A stretch of 64,000 bases of DNA from Candidatus Borkfalkia avicola (GCA_019116115.1 DXCF01000005.1:15495-79494), one strand, 5' to 3'; positions 1 through 9,674 are shown, counted from the first letter of the stretch. Made by a program: numbers and translations. The notes: generated from the letters alone by a model not told the origin.

Positions 1-1316
1 TCGATGCGCAGCGACGGTGCAGCGCCGGACGAAGCGCGGACACTGCCCGAAATCTCGTAAGTGCATCCGCCGGAAAGTTCTGTCCACACGGCTCCGGCGG
101 AAGCGCCCTGCCCGAGGACGAGCTCTTCGCCCGTAAACTTCGCATCCCCTTCCGCCTGCCAGAGCGCGGAACTGCCCGACGAAGAAACATCGGAGAAATC
201 CTCATAAAAGGCGTACCCGCGCGGCCGGACGGTAAATGCGTCGAACCGGACGTCCGCCTTTCCTGCGGTAACGTAAATGCGTATCTCTGCTTCAGCCGTA
301 TTCAGATTGAGTTTCAGACCCAGCCATATTTCCCGCCAGTCGCTCCACTCCTTTCCTTCATTGAGCAGGATAGACGGGCTTTCCGTGGCGGCGACGGTAA
401 CGGAACCGTCCGCCGCATACTGTGTCACGGTGAAATATGCCTGTGAATATCTCGCCTCGCGCGACATCGCCCGCAGCGAAAAGCGGTATTCTTCGCCGCC
501 CTGTACGGGGATCCTTGCCTGCGCCGCCATCGAGAGAGGCGCAGCATAATTTTCCATCTGCACGAGCAGCGAACTTTCGCCCTCGTAGTACACCTGCGTA
601 TCGGCGGAAAGATATTCCGAAGCGGAGTATGTCCATCCGGACGGAAGGCGACCTTCCTCTGCTTCCATGCCGCCGTTAAAGGCAGATTCCGGCATCAGGC
701 CGATCTCGACGTCGTCCAGCCATACGGCTCCCTCGCCTGTAGGCGTGATCTCGAAAAACACAGCCGCAGACTTCGCGTCGGATGAACTGACAAAGCCGAC
801 CGAAATATATCTCCAGCCGTCCGTCTGCCCGTAGACGTTGCCGTCCGTAAGCCAGTGATAATTTTCGCTTCCGACGGGAACGCCCACCGTACCGCCGACA
901 TCCGCATACTGCCGCACGCACGGCGAAAACGTGACCGACGGCGCGGTCGACTTTACGCGGAAGCCGATAAAATATGCGGTGTTCGGCGCGACGGGTATCG
1001 CCGCCGCCGTTACGAGCGCATGGATATCTTCCGTCGAGGCATTGGATATCTTCAGGCTGTTCCCTTCATATGCCTCGTCCCCGGATACGATATCGAAACG
1101 AATATCCGCTTTATCCGGGTCTTTTCCGTTCAGGTAGGTGCCGAGCGTCCATGACGTTGCCTCGCTCCCGCTGTCCTCAAACCCCGCGTTCGGGAAGGAG
1201 AGTTCCCCCTCCTCCGCAAACGCAAAGGTAAAGGCGAAAGACATACAGACGAGCAACGCTGCCGCCAGTATCGAAACTGCGGCGAGCCGCAGTTTTTCTG
1301 CGCGCTTTGCTTTCAT
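1..1316 (-). CDS. Secreted CBM4/9-like multidomain protein, paralog of 1335..5591; 3' end runs off the window (not in ORF track)
   Basis: Manual translation from ATG at 1316 (GGAGG RBS near 1323-1327) is open to the window edge for 438 codons: MKAKRAEKLRLAAVSILAAALLVCMSFAFTFAFAEEGELSFPNAGFED... Signal peptide, NxGFE/NGGME-type CBM motifs, and collinear similarity to the N-terminus of 1335..5591. Confidence 0.85.
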   Translation of the reverse strand, partial: MKAKRAEKLRLAAVSILAAALLVCMSFAFTFAFAEEGELSFPNAGFEDSGSEATSWTLGTYLNGKDPDKADIRFDIVSGDEAYEGNSLKISNASTEDIHALVTAAAIPVAPNTAYFIGFRVKSTAPSVTFSPCVRQYADVGGTVGVPVGSENYHWLTDGNVYGQTDGWRYISVGFVSSSDAKSAAVFFEITPTGEGAVWLDDVEIGLMPESAFNGGMEAEEGRLPSGWTYSASEYLSADTQVYYEGESSLLVQMENYAAPLSMAAQARIPVQGGEEYRFSLRAMSREARYSQAYFTVTQYAADGSVTVAATESPSILLNEGKEWSDWREIWLGLKLNLNTAEAEIRIYVTAGKADVRFDAFTVRPRGYAFYEDFSDVSSSGSSALWQAEGDAKFTGEELVLGQGASAGAVWTELSGGCTYEISGSVRASSGAAPSLRI

Positions 1317-1334
1317 GCGCGGTCCTCCCCCGTT

Positions 1335-4300
1335 TTACGCATTCTTCCTGCTCTTTTTCCTAAGCAACAGTACAATGGCCACGACCGCCGCGGCCACGAT
1401 GACCGCACCGCCCACGGAGAGGCCGATGATCAGGCCGATATTTCCGCCTCCGGGCGATTCGGGCAGTTCCGGCTCTTCGAGCACCGTTCCCGGAGGGACG
1501 GTCTTGAAAAGCCTCGTGCCGTTCGCTTCCATCTCGACCGTAAAGCTCGTAACGTTTTTCGCCACATATTCTTTGGCGAAAACGTCGTACACGTCGCAGG
1601 CCGTTTTCAGCCGGATCGTGCGCGTGCCGCCGTAAGGGCTGCTGATGCCTACATATCCGCTGTTGATGAACAGGGCATCCGTCTGATTTTCGCTGTAAAT
1701 ATGCCCGCCCGCTTTTTCAAGGGCTGCACGGATGACCTGTGCGGGGATATTGGATACGGAAGAGTAGACCGATGTCCAGCTTCCGTTCTCGCCCTGCACC
1801 GTTTTTTCGACAAGGCCCGCATACTCCGTGCCGTTAAGCAATCCCAACACGGCAGCGTCATCGTCGACGGAATACGCCATCGGCGTAACGTTCCGCGCCC
1901 CGAGGTCGTAATCGCCGTACAGCAAACCGCCCGCGCCCGCAGCGACGGAATCCGCCGCGGGATCTTCGACGATGCGCACGTTATAGTTGAGCGATTCGTT
2001 CGTCAGTGCAAGGTCGATTCCCGTGATCTCGGAGATGCGATCCGCACTGACCGTACCGTCTTCCGCATAGACGCCCGGGATGCCGTACCAGAGAATGGTG
2101 ACGCCGTCCTTTTTGAGGGCGTCGATCGCCGCCTTTTCCGCAGCGTCGATATTCACGGCACTGATGAGATAGACCTTATAGCTTCTCGCCGAACCGTTTT
2201 CGAGGTCGGAAAGATACAGGCTGTCATACGGGGCGCCTATATGCGCGAGCTGTTCTTTTTGCAGATAATTCGCGCCATAAAGGACCGAATACGTTCCGCC
2301 GAAGTGATACGCAGTCGTCGTGAGCAGGTCGTCGTCTATCACCCAGGCGATCTCGCTTTCGTTCTGCACGGGGTGCGCGATGCTGTAATCCATTTCCGCC
2401 TTCATGACGGATACCATGTCATAGATCTCCGCATCGTCGAACCAGCCGCCGTACATATCGTACCACCACAGCCCCGCGCCTTTCGCGAGAACCGCTGCAA
2501 AATCGCGTTTCATCAGTTCGATCGTATCTTTCAGCGTATACGTTTTGCCCCATTCCTGCAGCAGATAGGGCTCCATGTCTTCGATCTCGAAATATACGGT
2601 GCGACTGTCGCACTCCATGAAGAACATCTTCCCTGCATTGAGGATAGAATCGACGAGCGCCATATACCCCGCGCTCATGCCCGGCATGCGGGTATCATAA
2701 GCGATGGGAGCGCAGAGGAAATCCACGTCGTCGGAGGCAAGTATCTGCGCGATGTGCGCGTTCATGATATTGTTGGATTCAAACGTCAGCGAGTTCGTGA
2801 CGTAGCCGTTATATGTGCCGACGATCCAACGCCCGCCGCAAGCCTGCTTCACGATATCCGCAAAATACAGGATGCTGTCCGTGGTCATCTGCGAGTAGAA
2901 CAGGTGATAGTCGATGACGTTGCGCTGTCCGATCCCGTTGAGGATGTATGTATAATCCTGATTGACGCGTTCGCCCCATGTGGGGATCTGCGCGGTGGCG
3001 AGGGTGACGGAATCGTCTCCCCAGGCCGCCTGCAAGGCTGCATCCGTCCCGTACTGCTCCGTGAGCCATGCGCGGAAAGCGTTCAGCGCCACCGGGCTGT
3101 AATCGCCGCAGGTAGAGGTCGTCATGCCCCACCACTGCCATTCGACCGTCTGCCCGGCCGTAACTTTTACCGCAAACACATGGCTCGCATACGGCTGCCC
3201 GAGCACATGTTCTATAAATGCTTTATAGTAATTGCCCACGTCCGTGCGCCATTTTTCGGAAGCATACGACGCGCCGTAGGTAGTGCCGTCTGCCATCGCC
3301 GTGCCGCCGTTGGAATCTATGACGCATTCGTCGGGGTTCGCGTTTTTCCACCACTGCGGCGGTTCCGCGTCGAGGTGGATCATCAGTTTCGCGTCGGGCG
3401 CGCCCTCGAGCGTCTCATAGATGAGGTCGTCGAGCGGATCGAAGTTATAGCGGTTGTTGCTCACCCATACCGCGCCGGAACGGTTCATTTCGTAGCTGCG
3501 GCTGTTCGGCAGGCAGATGAGCTGCACGCCCGCATCCTCCATGCCCTGCGCGTACTGCGTTTTGAAAACGTTGGAGCCTTCGCGCATATAGATCATGGGA
3601 GAAGTCGCCTCGCCGTTGATATACAGCAGCGTCTGCCCGTTTTCGCGTTTCACTTCCGACGTGGTCAGAGGCGTTTCGGGCATCGTGATGTCGAAATAAA
3701 ATCCGCGCAGCTTGTTGTCCGTAAAGCTGCTGCTGCCCGTAACAACGACCTGTTCGGGATCGAACTGCAGCATATATGAACCGGACTCCACATAATCGGG
3801 TACTCTGAAACGGTAGCGCACGGTTATGTCCTGCCCTGCGGGCCACTGCGACGACGGTTGCGCGTCTATCGGTTCGAGGATGGCCGACGGCACGCGGGAA
3901 ACTTCGGAATCGGAGGAATATTTCCCCCAGAAGAATACACGGAAATCATAATCGGCTGTCAGCTGTTTGGGCACAGAGAGCGTAAAGGTCACTTCTCCTT
4001 CCTCTCCTGCCGTAACGTTTTCGGTTATTTCCGCATCTTTGATCTCGATCGTGTCGCTGATGGTAGAATTATCCGTATAGCTGACCTCGTTCCACGGCTG
4101 GCAGGGAGGGACGCCGATGACGTACACCTCTTTCCAGTCGGAATCGTCGTACGCGGGCTGTTCCCATCCTTCCTCCTTTTCCGTTTCCAGCGCGGAAAGG
4201 ACGGTCTCATCCGAGAAAAAGCGCTCCTGCTTCCCCGACTGATAGACGACCGTCATATCGAAAAGCAGCCCCGTGTAATACGTCATGTTCGCGATCTCGA

Positions 4301-5591
4301 ACGCAAAAACATTCTTCCCCGGAACGAGTAGGTCTTTGATGTCCTTCATTGAAACGAAGGACCATGACTCCGTGCCGTTGTTTTCGGATGTGGTTATGTC
4401 CGTACCGTTGATCCAGAACTTCCAGCTGTCGTCTGCGGTAAACTGGATATAAGCGGAACTGATCGCTTCGTCCGGGATTTCAAAAGTATAGCGATAGAAC
4501 AAATTCTGCCCGGCAAGCCCGTAAGCGATGTCGTTTGCGGGGTAGCATACCCACGCTCCCTGCCAGCCTGTGCCCGCCGTGCGCGGATCGTAAGTCATCT
4601 GAACAGTAACGTTGTCGACGGAAGAGCTGCCCGCTCCCTCCGTTGCAAATTCGATGCTCGCATAAGCGGCCTGCGTGACAGTGAAATTCTGTGTATAAGT
4701 ACTTCCCGCGGCAGACGCCGGCACGGTAAAGGTTTCGACGGAACGCTCTTTCCCCGCAAACGAATAGTAGCGGATATTGACTTTCAATGCCGAAGAACCC
4801 GATGTCTTATAGTCGAACGAAAGGGCGTAAATACAGGAGGAATGCGCATCCCACCGCAGGGCGGAAGCCGCCGTGCCGTACATTGCCATTTCACCGCCGG
4901 TAAACGCTACGGTGCCCGTATTCTCCCAGCCTTCTGCCCTGCCGAGAGAATTGACGGCGTCAAAATTCTCATATACGGGGTAGTTCGGGCGGGCGGTGAC
5001 CTTGTCGATCCAGAATTCCGCGCGGCCTTTCGTGACCGTGATCTCTATCGTTGCCCATGCCGCATTGCTCGGCAGGCGGCGTGTGACGAATATTTCCGTC
5101 CAGTCGGAAACATTTTCCCCGTCTTTATTGAGGATGGTCTCCCCGCTCTGCCTTGAAGTCACCTGCTGCCCGGCTTCATCATAGACGACGGCCTTGACGA
5201 TGGCGCTCGCATAGTCGCAACCGACAGACCTGATCCAATAAGAAAAGCGATATTCCGTATTCCCTTCCACGGGAATGCGGTTGAGAGAACTCATATAGAA
5301 GTCCGAGCCGTAATCGTCGCGGACGACATAGAGCGAGTTTTTCCCCTCCAGATACTCGGCGTTGTCGACCTTTACGGTGCTCCGCTCGCGGAAATACCAC
5401 TCTGCCGGCAGAGATTCGCCGTCCTCGCTTTCCAGCCCTCCGTTGAACGCCGCCACCGCGGCATCCCGTTCCGCGTCTCCTTCCGCTGCCGAGGGGAACA
5501 AAGTCCCCGAACAAAGCACCGCGGCGGCAAGCATTACCGCCGCGAGCAATGCTATCAGAACAATGCGCAGATTTTTGCCTGTTGCTTTCAC
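1335..5591 (-). CDS. Membrane-anchored multidomain glycoside hydrolase: CBM-like domains, jelly-roll domain, GH42-like (clan GH-A) catalytic domain, C-terminal TM anchor
   Basis: 1418 aa, GTG start with AAGGAG RBS. Signal peptide; ADDSWKFWING...PGKNVFAFEIAN...GWEQPAYDDSDW jelly-roll; DYSPVALNAFRAWLTEQYGTDAALQAAWG typical of GH42-like enzymes; C-terminal hydrophobic helix followed by RKKSRKNA. Substrate cannot be determined from sequence. Confidence 0.75.
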   Translation of the reverse strand: MKATGKNLRIVLIALLAAVMLAAAVLCSGTLFPSAAEGDAERDAAVAAFNGGLESEDGESLPAEWYFRERSTVKVDNAEYLEGKNSLYVVRDDYGSDFYMSSLNRIPVEGNTEYRFSYWIRSVGCDYASAIVKAVVYDEAGQQVTSRQSGETILNKDGENVSDWTEIFVTRRLPSNAAWATIEITVTKGRAEFWIDKVTARPNYPVYENFDAVNSLGRAEGWENTGTVAFTGGEMAMYGTAASALRWDAHSSCIYALSFDYKTSGSSALKVNIRYYSFAGKERSVETFTVPASAAGSTYTQNFTVTQAAYASIEFATEGAGSSSVDNVTVQMTYDPRTAGTGWQGAWVCYPANDIAYGLAGQNLFYRYTFEIPDEAISSAYIQFTADDSWKFWINGTDITTSENNGTESWSFVSMKDIKDLLVPGKNVFAFEIANMTYYTGLLFDMTVVYQSGKQERFFSDETVLSALETEKEEGWEQPAYDDSDWKEVYVIGVPPCQPWNEVSYTDNSTISDTIEIKDAEITENVTAGEEGEVTFTLSVPKQLTADYDFRVFFWGKYSSDSEVSRVPSAILEPIDAQPSSQWPAGQDITVRYRFRVPDYVESGSYMLQFDPEQVVVTGSSSFTDNKLRGFYFDITMPETPLTTSEVKRENGQTLLYINGEATSPMIYMREGSNVFKTQYAQGMEDAGVQLICLPNSRSYEMNRSGAVWVSNNRYNFDPLDDLIYETLEGAPDAKLMIHLDAEPPQWWKNANPDECVIDSNGGTAMADGTTYGASYASEKWRTDVGNYYKAFIEHVLGQPYASHVFAVKVTAGQTVEWQWWGMTTSTCGDYSPVALNAFRAWLTEQYGTDAALQAAWGDDSVTLATAQIPTWGERVNQDYTYILNGIGQRNVIDYHLFYSQMTTDSILYFADIVKQACGGRWIVGTYNGYVTNSLTFESNNIMNAHIAQILASDDVDFLCAPIAYDTRMPGMSAGYMALVDSILNAGKMFFMECDSRTVYFEIEDMEPYLLQEWGKTYTLKDTIELMKRDFAAVLAKGAGLWWYDMYGGWFDDAEIYDMVSVMKAEMDYSIAHPVQNESEIAWVIDDDLLTTTAYHFGGTYSVLYGANYLQKEQLAHIGAPYDSLYLSDLENGSARSYKVYLISAVNIDAAEKAAIDALKKDGVTILWYGIPGVYAEDGTVSADRISEITGIDLALTNESLNYNVRIVEDPAADSVAAGAGGLLYGDYDLGARNVTPMAYSVDDDAAVLGLLNGTEYAGLVEKTVQGENGSWTSVYSSVSNIPAQVIRAALEKAGGHIYSENQTDALFINSGYVGISSPYGGTRTIRLKTACDVYDVFAKEYVAKNVTSFTVEMEANGTRLFKTVPPGTVLEEPELPESPGGGNIGLIIGLSVGGAVIVAAAVVAIVLLLRKKSRKNA

Positions 5592-5673
5592 CGATTTTTC
5601 TCCTTATCCCTGAATACTCCGGAAGACAAGGCGGAAACCCTCTGTCCGGGTTCCCGCCCCGTTGCCGTTAAAG

Positions 5674-8346
5674 TCAGTTCCTCTTTCTCTTGACGACAGC
5701 GAACACCGCCGCGCCCAGCAGAGGGAGCGCTATCGCCGCGCCCGCGCCTGCGGCCGCGCCGCTGCATCCGCCGCCTTCTTCCCCGTCGTCGCCGGGGTCT
5801 TTGCCGGGATCGGTGCCGGGGTCTGTGCCGGGGTCGGTCGTTCCCGCGTTCGGGTCTACCGCGCCGCAGACGGTGCAGACGCCGTTCTCATAGGTATGTT
5901 CGCCTGTGGGCTGCGTGATCTCTATCTCGCGCTCGCCGCAGTCTTCGCAGGTGCGCTGCTGCCTGCCCGTCGTAACGCAGGTCGCTTCCTGTATGACGTC
6001 CCATTCAGACCAGTTGTGCTCGCCCTTTTCCGTGCTCTCCAATACGACGTACTCGCCGCAGTCGCTGCAATATTTGCTGGAAGTGCCGCCGTGCTGGCAG
6101 GTCGCCTCTTCGATCTTGGCGGGGTGCTCCGCGTCGTCGTCGGCGACGAAGGTATGCACGTGCGTTTCCAGCCCGATGCCGCCCTTCATGACGCTGACGT
6201 ATTGCAGAGAGATATAGTAGTTGTTGGTGTTTTCGATGACGATGCGCAGAGACGTAGTCCCCTCGGGGATGCGGTACTGCCCGTAAATGGAGGCGTTGAC
6301 GCCGTAAACCTTCTCCGTCTGCTTTTCGCCGAGCGGTTCGAGCACTTCGTCGTCCTGCGTGAGCAGCGTGACGTTGAGCTCGCCTTCCGACTCGAAGGCG
6401 AAGATCACCCGCGCGAAGGTATCCTCTTTCGCAGCCGCGATGGAGACGGCGGGCGAGACCACCTTGCTCTCCCCGTCCAGCGCCAGGCGGTACTGCTTGG
6501 CTTCCGCATACTCGTGCACGAACCCGCGCACCCGCGCGCCGCCCGTCAGTTCCCAATCGGTGTCGGGGAAAACGAGCTCGTCGAAGTCGCCGTATTCGTA
6601 AACGTTTTCGCCGTATTCGGGTGCGGGAGCCTGACTGTAATCTTTGAACGCGGGGTTCGCGATCTTATATTCCGTGCCGTCTTCGCCCGTAAATTTGATG
6701 TTGCGGATATATGTCTGCGTGGCTGCGGTATACTCGTTAGCCGAATCGCCGTAAATGAGCACGGAGTCTTTCAGCTCGATGAAATCGCTTTCCGCCGTCG
6801 ACCAGCCGTTGTTCTTTTCGCTGCCGCGCCCGCCGGTTGCCGTATTGTCGTTGGACATGACGTAGGTATTGTCCGGATACGAACCGTTTTCGACGTACGT
6901 ATTCTGCCAGATGCCGCCGCGGTACTCGTAGCTCAACTTATATTTCTGGCTCAGATCCATCCCGTCCGTCCACATGCGGATGTAGCCCCTGTTGTAGCCG
7001 ACCGTCGTATTGGCGTCGTTCACCATGCTTCCCACGCCGCGCGGCGCCTGGTTGCCCGCCGTATATACGTAGCTGCCGTCCGGCATTTCGGCAACGGACG
7101 TCGTCGATTCCAGCACTACCTGCTCGTCAAGCTCTATCCACGAGGTGAAAGAGCCGTTCTGTATGTACTGCATGGGGTCGTCCGCGTCGTTGCAGACGAG
7201 GCTGACTTCGTCGATGAGGTAATCGCCGCCCGTCGCGCCCAGCGTGACGAACACGATCTCTCTCCAGTCGCTGCCGTTGCGCGCCTTAAAGGTGTAGCTG
7301 AACTCCGTCCAATCGTCTGCGGCGCCGGTAAGAGCAGTCTCGTTCGGCTGCCCTTCGCCGGTGACCCAGTAAAACGCGGTGCCGTCGGTGGTGTAGCCGT
7401 CCATGCGGACTTTGATGTTGGAACCTTCGTTGCCGCCCTTGTACTTGAAGGACAGCGTGTACGTCGTATCCTCGTTGCGTTTGGCGAGGGCGCCGAACAT
7501 CGTCTTTACGAACATCCCGCCCGTCAGCGAGAGGCTGGCGCCGTCATTGTCCGAAGATTCTTCGCTCAACGCCATTGGGGAAAGCTGTTCCCATTTCTCT
7601 TCCGTGGACGAAGAGCTTGCGATGCCCGTATCCTTGACGCCCTTGCCCCAGCCGTACAGCCTCCAGCCGTAATTGGGGGCGGTGGTCACTTCGTCCGCGT
7701 TGGTGACTTCGCGGATCATGATCTCGTCCACGTATACTTCGCCGACGCCGGCGTTGAAGAGCATCTTCGCGCCCATCTGCGCCGTTCCCGACACCGTCCG
7801 GAAGGTATAGGAAACTTTCTGCCACTTTCCTTCCGTATTCGTCACGGTAGTTTCGGCAGATGTTCCGGCATAAGTTTCCTGTGCATCCTTTTCCGTGGTG
7901 CCCGCCATACGCTCGTTGCGCGTCATTTGCAGCACGCACCCTTCGCCGATCACCTTGACCTGTGCGGAGATCTCATACATCGTGCTCGGCTTCACCGCGT
8001 TGTGGCGGCTGTACAGCACGAATTCCTGCGGGGCGCCCGACTTGCGCACGGCGTGCAGCGCGTTGCCGCCGTCTACGCCTGCGCCCTCGGCGATCTCCAT
8101 ATAGGCGGCGCTGCTGGTGTAGGTGATGATGCCGTTGTTGGCAAAGTAATACTGCCATCCTTCCTCCGCGCCGATAGCGGTCTCCGTGAAGTCGAGCACT
8201 TCCCTGTTCCAGCCCGCCGTAGGGGCTTCTTCGGGTTCGCCCGCCGCGAAAACCACGGTCGGCAACATTGTGAAGAGCAATGCAAAGGACAATAAAATGC
8301 CCGCCAGCATCATTGAAAAGCGATGAACAGCACTTTTCCGGTTCAT
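5674..8346 (-). CDS. Secreted cell-surface protein with CBM4/9-like domains, His/Cys-rich repeats, DPG linker and Gly-Gly-Cys/TM/basic C-terminal tail
   Basis: 890 aa; signal peptide; YIQNGSF-type CBM motif; repeats EATC..G....C..CG; tail GGGCSGAAAGAGAAIALPLLGAAVFAVVKRKRN. Confidence 0.75.
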   Translation of the reverse strand: MNRKSAVHRFSMMLAGILLSFALLFTMLPTVVFAAGEPEEAPTAGWNREVLDFTETAIGAEEGWQYYFANNGIITYTSSAAYMEIAEGAGVDGGNALHAVRKSGAPQEFVLYSRHNAVKPSTMYEISAQVKVIGEGCVLQMTRNERMAGTTEKDAQETYAGTSAETTVTNTEGKWQKVSYTFRTVSGTAQMGAKMLFNAGVGEVYVDEIMIREVTNADEVTTAPNYGWRLYGWGKGVKDTGIASSSSTEEKWEQLSPMALSEESSDNDGASLSLTGGMFVKTMFGALAKRNEDTTYTLSFKYKGGNEGSNIKVRMDGYTTDGTAFYWVTGEGQPNETALTGAADDWTEFSYTFKARNGSDWREIVFVTLGATGGDYLIDEVSLVCNDADDPMQYIQNGSFTSWIELDEQVVLESTTSVAEMPDGSYVYTAGNQAPRGVGSMVNDANTTVGYNRGYIRMWTDGMDLSQKYKLSYEYRGGIWQNTYVENGSYPDNTYVMSNDNTATGGRGSEKNNGWSTAESDFIELKDSVLIYGDSANEYTAATQTYIRNIKFTGEDGTEYKIANPAFKDYSQAPAPEYGENVYEYGDFDELVFPDTDWELTGGARVRGFVHEYAEAKQYRLALDGESKVVSPAVSIAAAKEDTFARVIFAFESEGELNVTLLTQDDEVLEPLGEKQTEKVYGVNASIYGQYRIPEGTTSLRIVIENTNNYYISLQYVSVMKGGIGLETHVHTFVADDDAEHPAKIEEATCQHGGTSSKYCSDCGEYVVLESTEKGEHNWSEWDVIQEATCVTTGRQQRTCEDCGEREIEITQPTGEHTYENGVCTVCGAVDPNAGTTDPGTDPGTDPGKDPGDDGEEGGGCSGAAAGAGAAIALPLLGAAVFAVVKRKRN
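5791..5838 (-). repeat. Four 12-nt tandem repeats encoding the DPGT/DPGK linker
   Basis: gccggggtcttt gccgggatcggt gccggggtctgt gccggggtcggt on the + strand. Confidence 0.85.
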
Positions 8347-8542
8347 TGTGATTCCTCCCTGATCAAAATAAGTTAGCGTTTCGCTACAATCTTATTGTAA
8401 CATTGAATCTGCCGCATTTCTCGCCTTTTTGCGTTACAAAATTGTGTTTTTTTATTATCTTATCAAAAAGGAAGGGGTCATGACCTCAAAATAATTGTCT
8501 TTCTTTCGGTGCTCTCACGGGCGAGAACTTTTCTTTCCCCTA

Positions 8543-8571
8543 TTGACAAAGGTGACGTTTCGGTTTATAAT
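8543..8571 (+). promoter_or_regulatory. Consensus sigma-A promoter of the AraC gene
   Basis: TTGACA (8543-8548), 17 nt, TATAAT (8566-8571). Confidence 0.85.
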
Positions 8572-8607
8572 ATCATTACACTATGGTCGCCCGGAAAGGA
8601 GGCAAAA

Positions 8608-9483
8608 ATGGGGAAGAACAGAAACGGCTGCATCACGCTTACGCCGACTACACGGTTTGCCACCCGCCATTACACCACGCCGAACCCGCTGCATACGCAC
8701 GTTAAATGGGAAATTCTGATCTTTGAAAAGGGTGTTTCGCGCAATATCGTCAACGGAATTACCTTCGACAATATGACCCGCGGAGACGTCTTCGTGCTGG
8801 GTCCGAATCATCCGCATATCATCGAATTTGTCGAAGAACCGCACGGGCATTGGGATATCTACTGCACGCAAGAGGAAATGAAAACGATTTGCTGTTCCTT
8901 TGACGGCAATTTTTATGAAAATATAGCAAAAAGCAATACCCCCCCCCACTTGAAATTGCAGCCGAACATTTTTGATGCGATCATATCCGAACTGAAAGGC
9001 CTTGAGAAACTTTCCCTCATGGCGGAGGCAGACACCCCGAAGGCGATCGCGACGCAACAATCCGTCGCCAACGGGCTGATCCATTACATTTTGAGTCTGT
9101 ATGTAAAACAGGAATGGAAAAAAAATGACCCCATCCCCGATTGGTTTTACGAGGTGGCTCATAAGCTGCGTCAGCCGGAAAACTTTGCAAAACGCATAAA
9201 CGACATAGTGGGGATATCAAACTATTCCCATGCCCAATTCAGCAAGAAATTTAAGGAATATACGGGCATGAGTCTGATCGAATATATCGTCAATCTTCGG
9301 CTGGACTATGCCACGGCACTTCTGACGCAGACAAACAAATCTATTCTCGATATTGCACTCGAAACAGGTTACAGCAGCGTCAGTTTCTTTATTAAAATAT
9401 TCAGGAAGAAGTACGGTGTGACCCCCATGCGCTATAAAAAACTTATCGAAGGCGGCATGAAACCGCCCGACAGCACTTCGTGA
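8608..9483 (+). CDS. AraC/XylS family transcriptional regulator (cupin plus HTH)
   Basis: Start reassigned to ATG 8608 after AAGGAGG. HTHVKWEILIF cupin motif; FSKKFKEYTGMS...IALETGYSSVSFFIKIFRKKYGVTPMRY HTH signature; visibly AT-richer than the core genes. Confidence 0.92.
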   Translation: MGKNRNGCITLTPTTRFATRHYTTPNPLHTHVKWEILIFEKGVSRNIVNGITFDNMTRGDVFVLGPNHPHIIEFVEEPHGHWDIYCTQEEMKTICCSFDGNFYENIAKSNTPPHLKLQPNIFDAIISELKGLEKLSLMAEADTPKAIATQQSVANGLIHYILSLYVKQEWKKNDPIPDWFYEVAHKLRQPENFAKRINDIVGISNYSHAQFSKKFKEYTGMSLIEYIVNLRLDYATALLTQTNKSILDIALETGYSSVSFFIKIFRKKYGVTPMRYKKLIEGGMKPPDSTS

Positions 9484-9530
9484 CACACTGCGATACGCTG
9501 TACACAATATAATAAATAGTTCAGGCAGCC

Positions 9531-9567
9531 AAAAGCGCGGCGCATCGAATGATGCGCCGCGCTTTTT
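9531..9567. terminator. Bidirectional intrinsic terminator downstream of AraC
   Basis: aaaagcgcggcgcatc-gaat-gatgcgccgcgcttttt, a perfect stem with A and T tracts. Confidence 0.85.
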
Positions 9568-9674
9568 CAGTACCGGAGTATTCGTTCAATATTTATCTTT
9601 CTTTCTGCGCAGGAGGGCATACAGCCCCTCCTCTCCCGCCTGCTGCAAAACATGCAGCGCGGCGGCTTATACTC

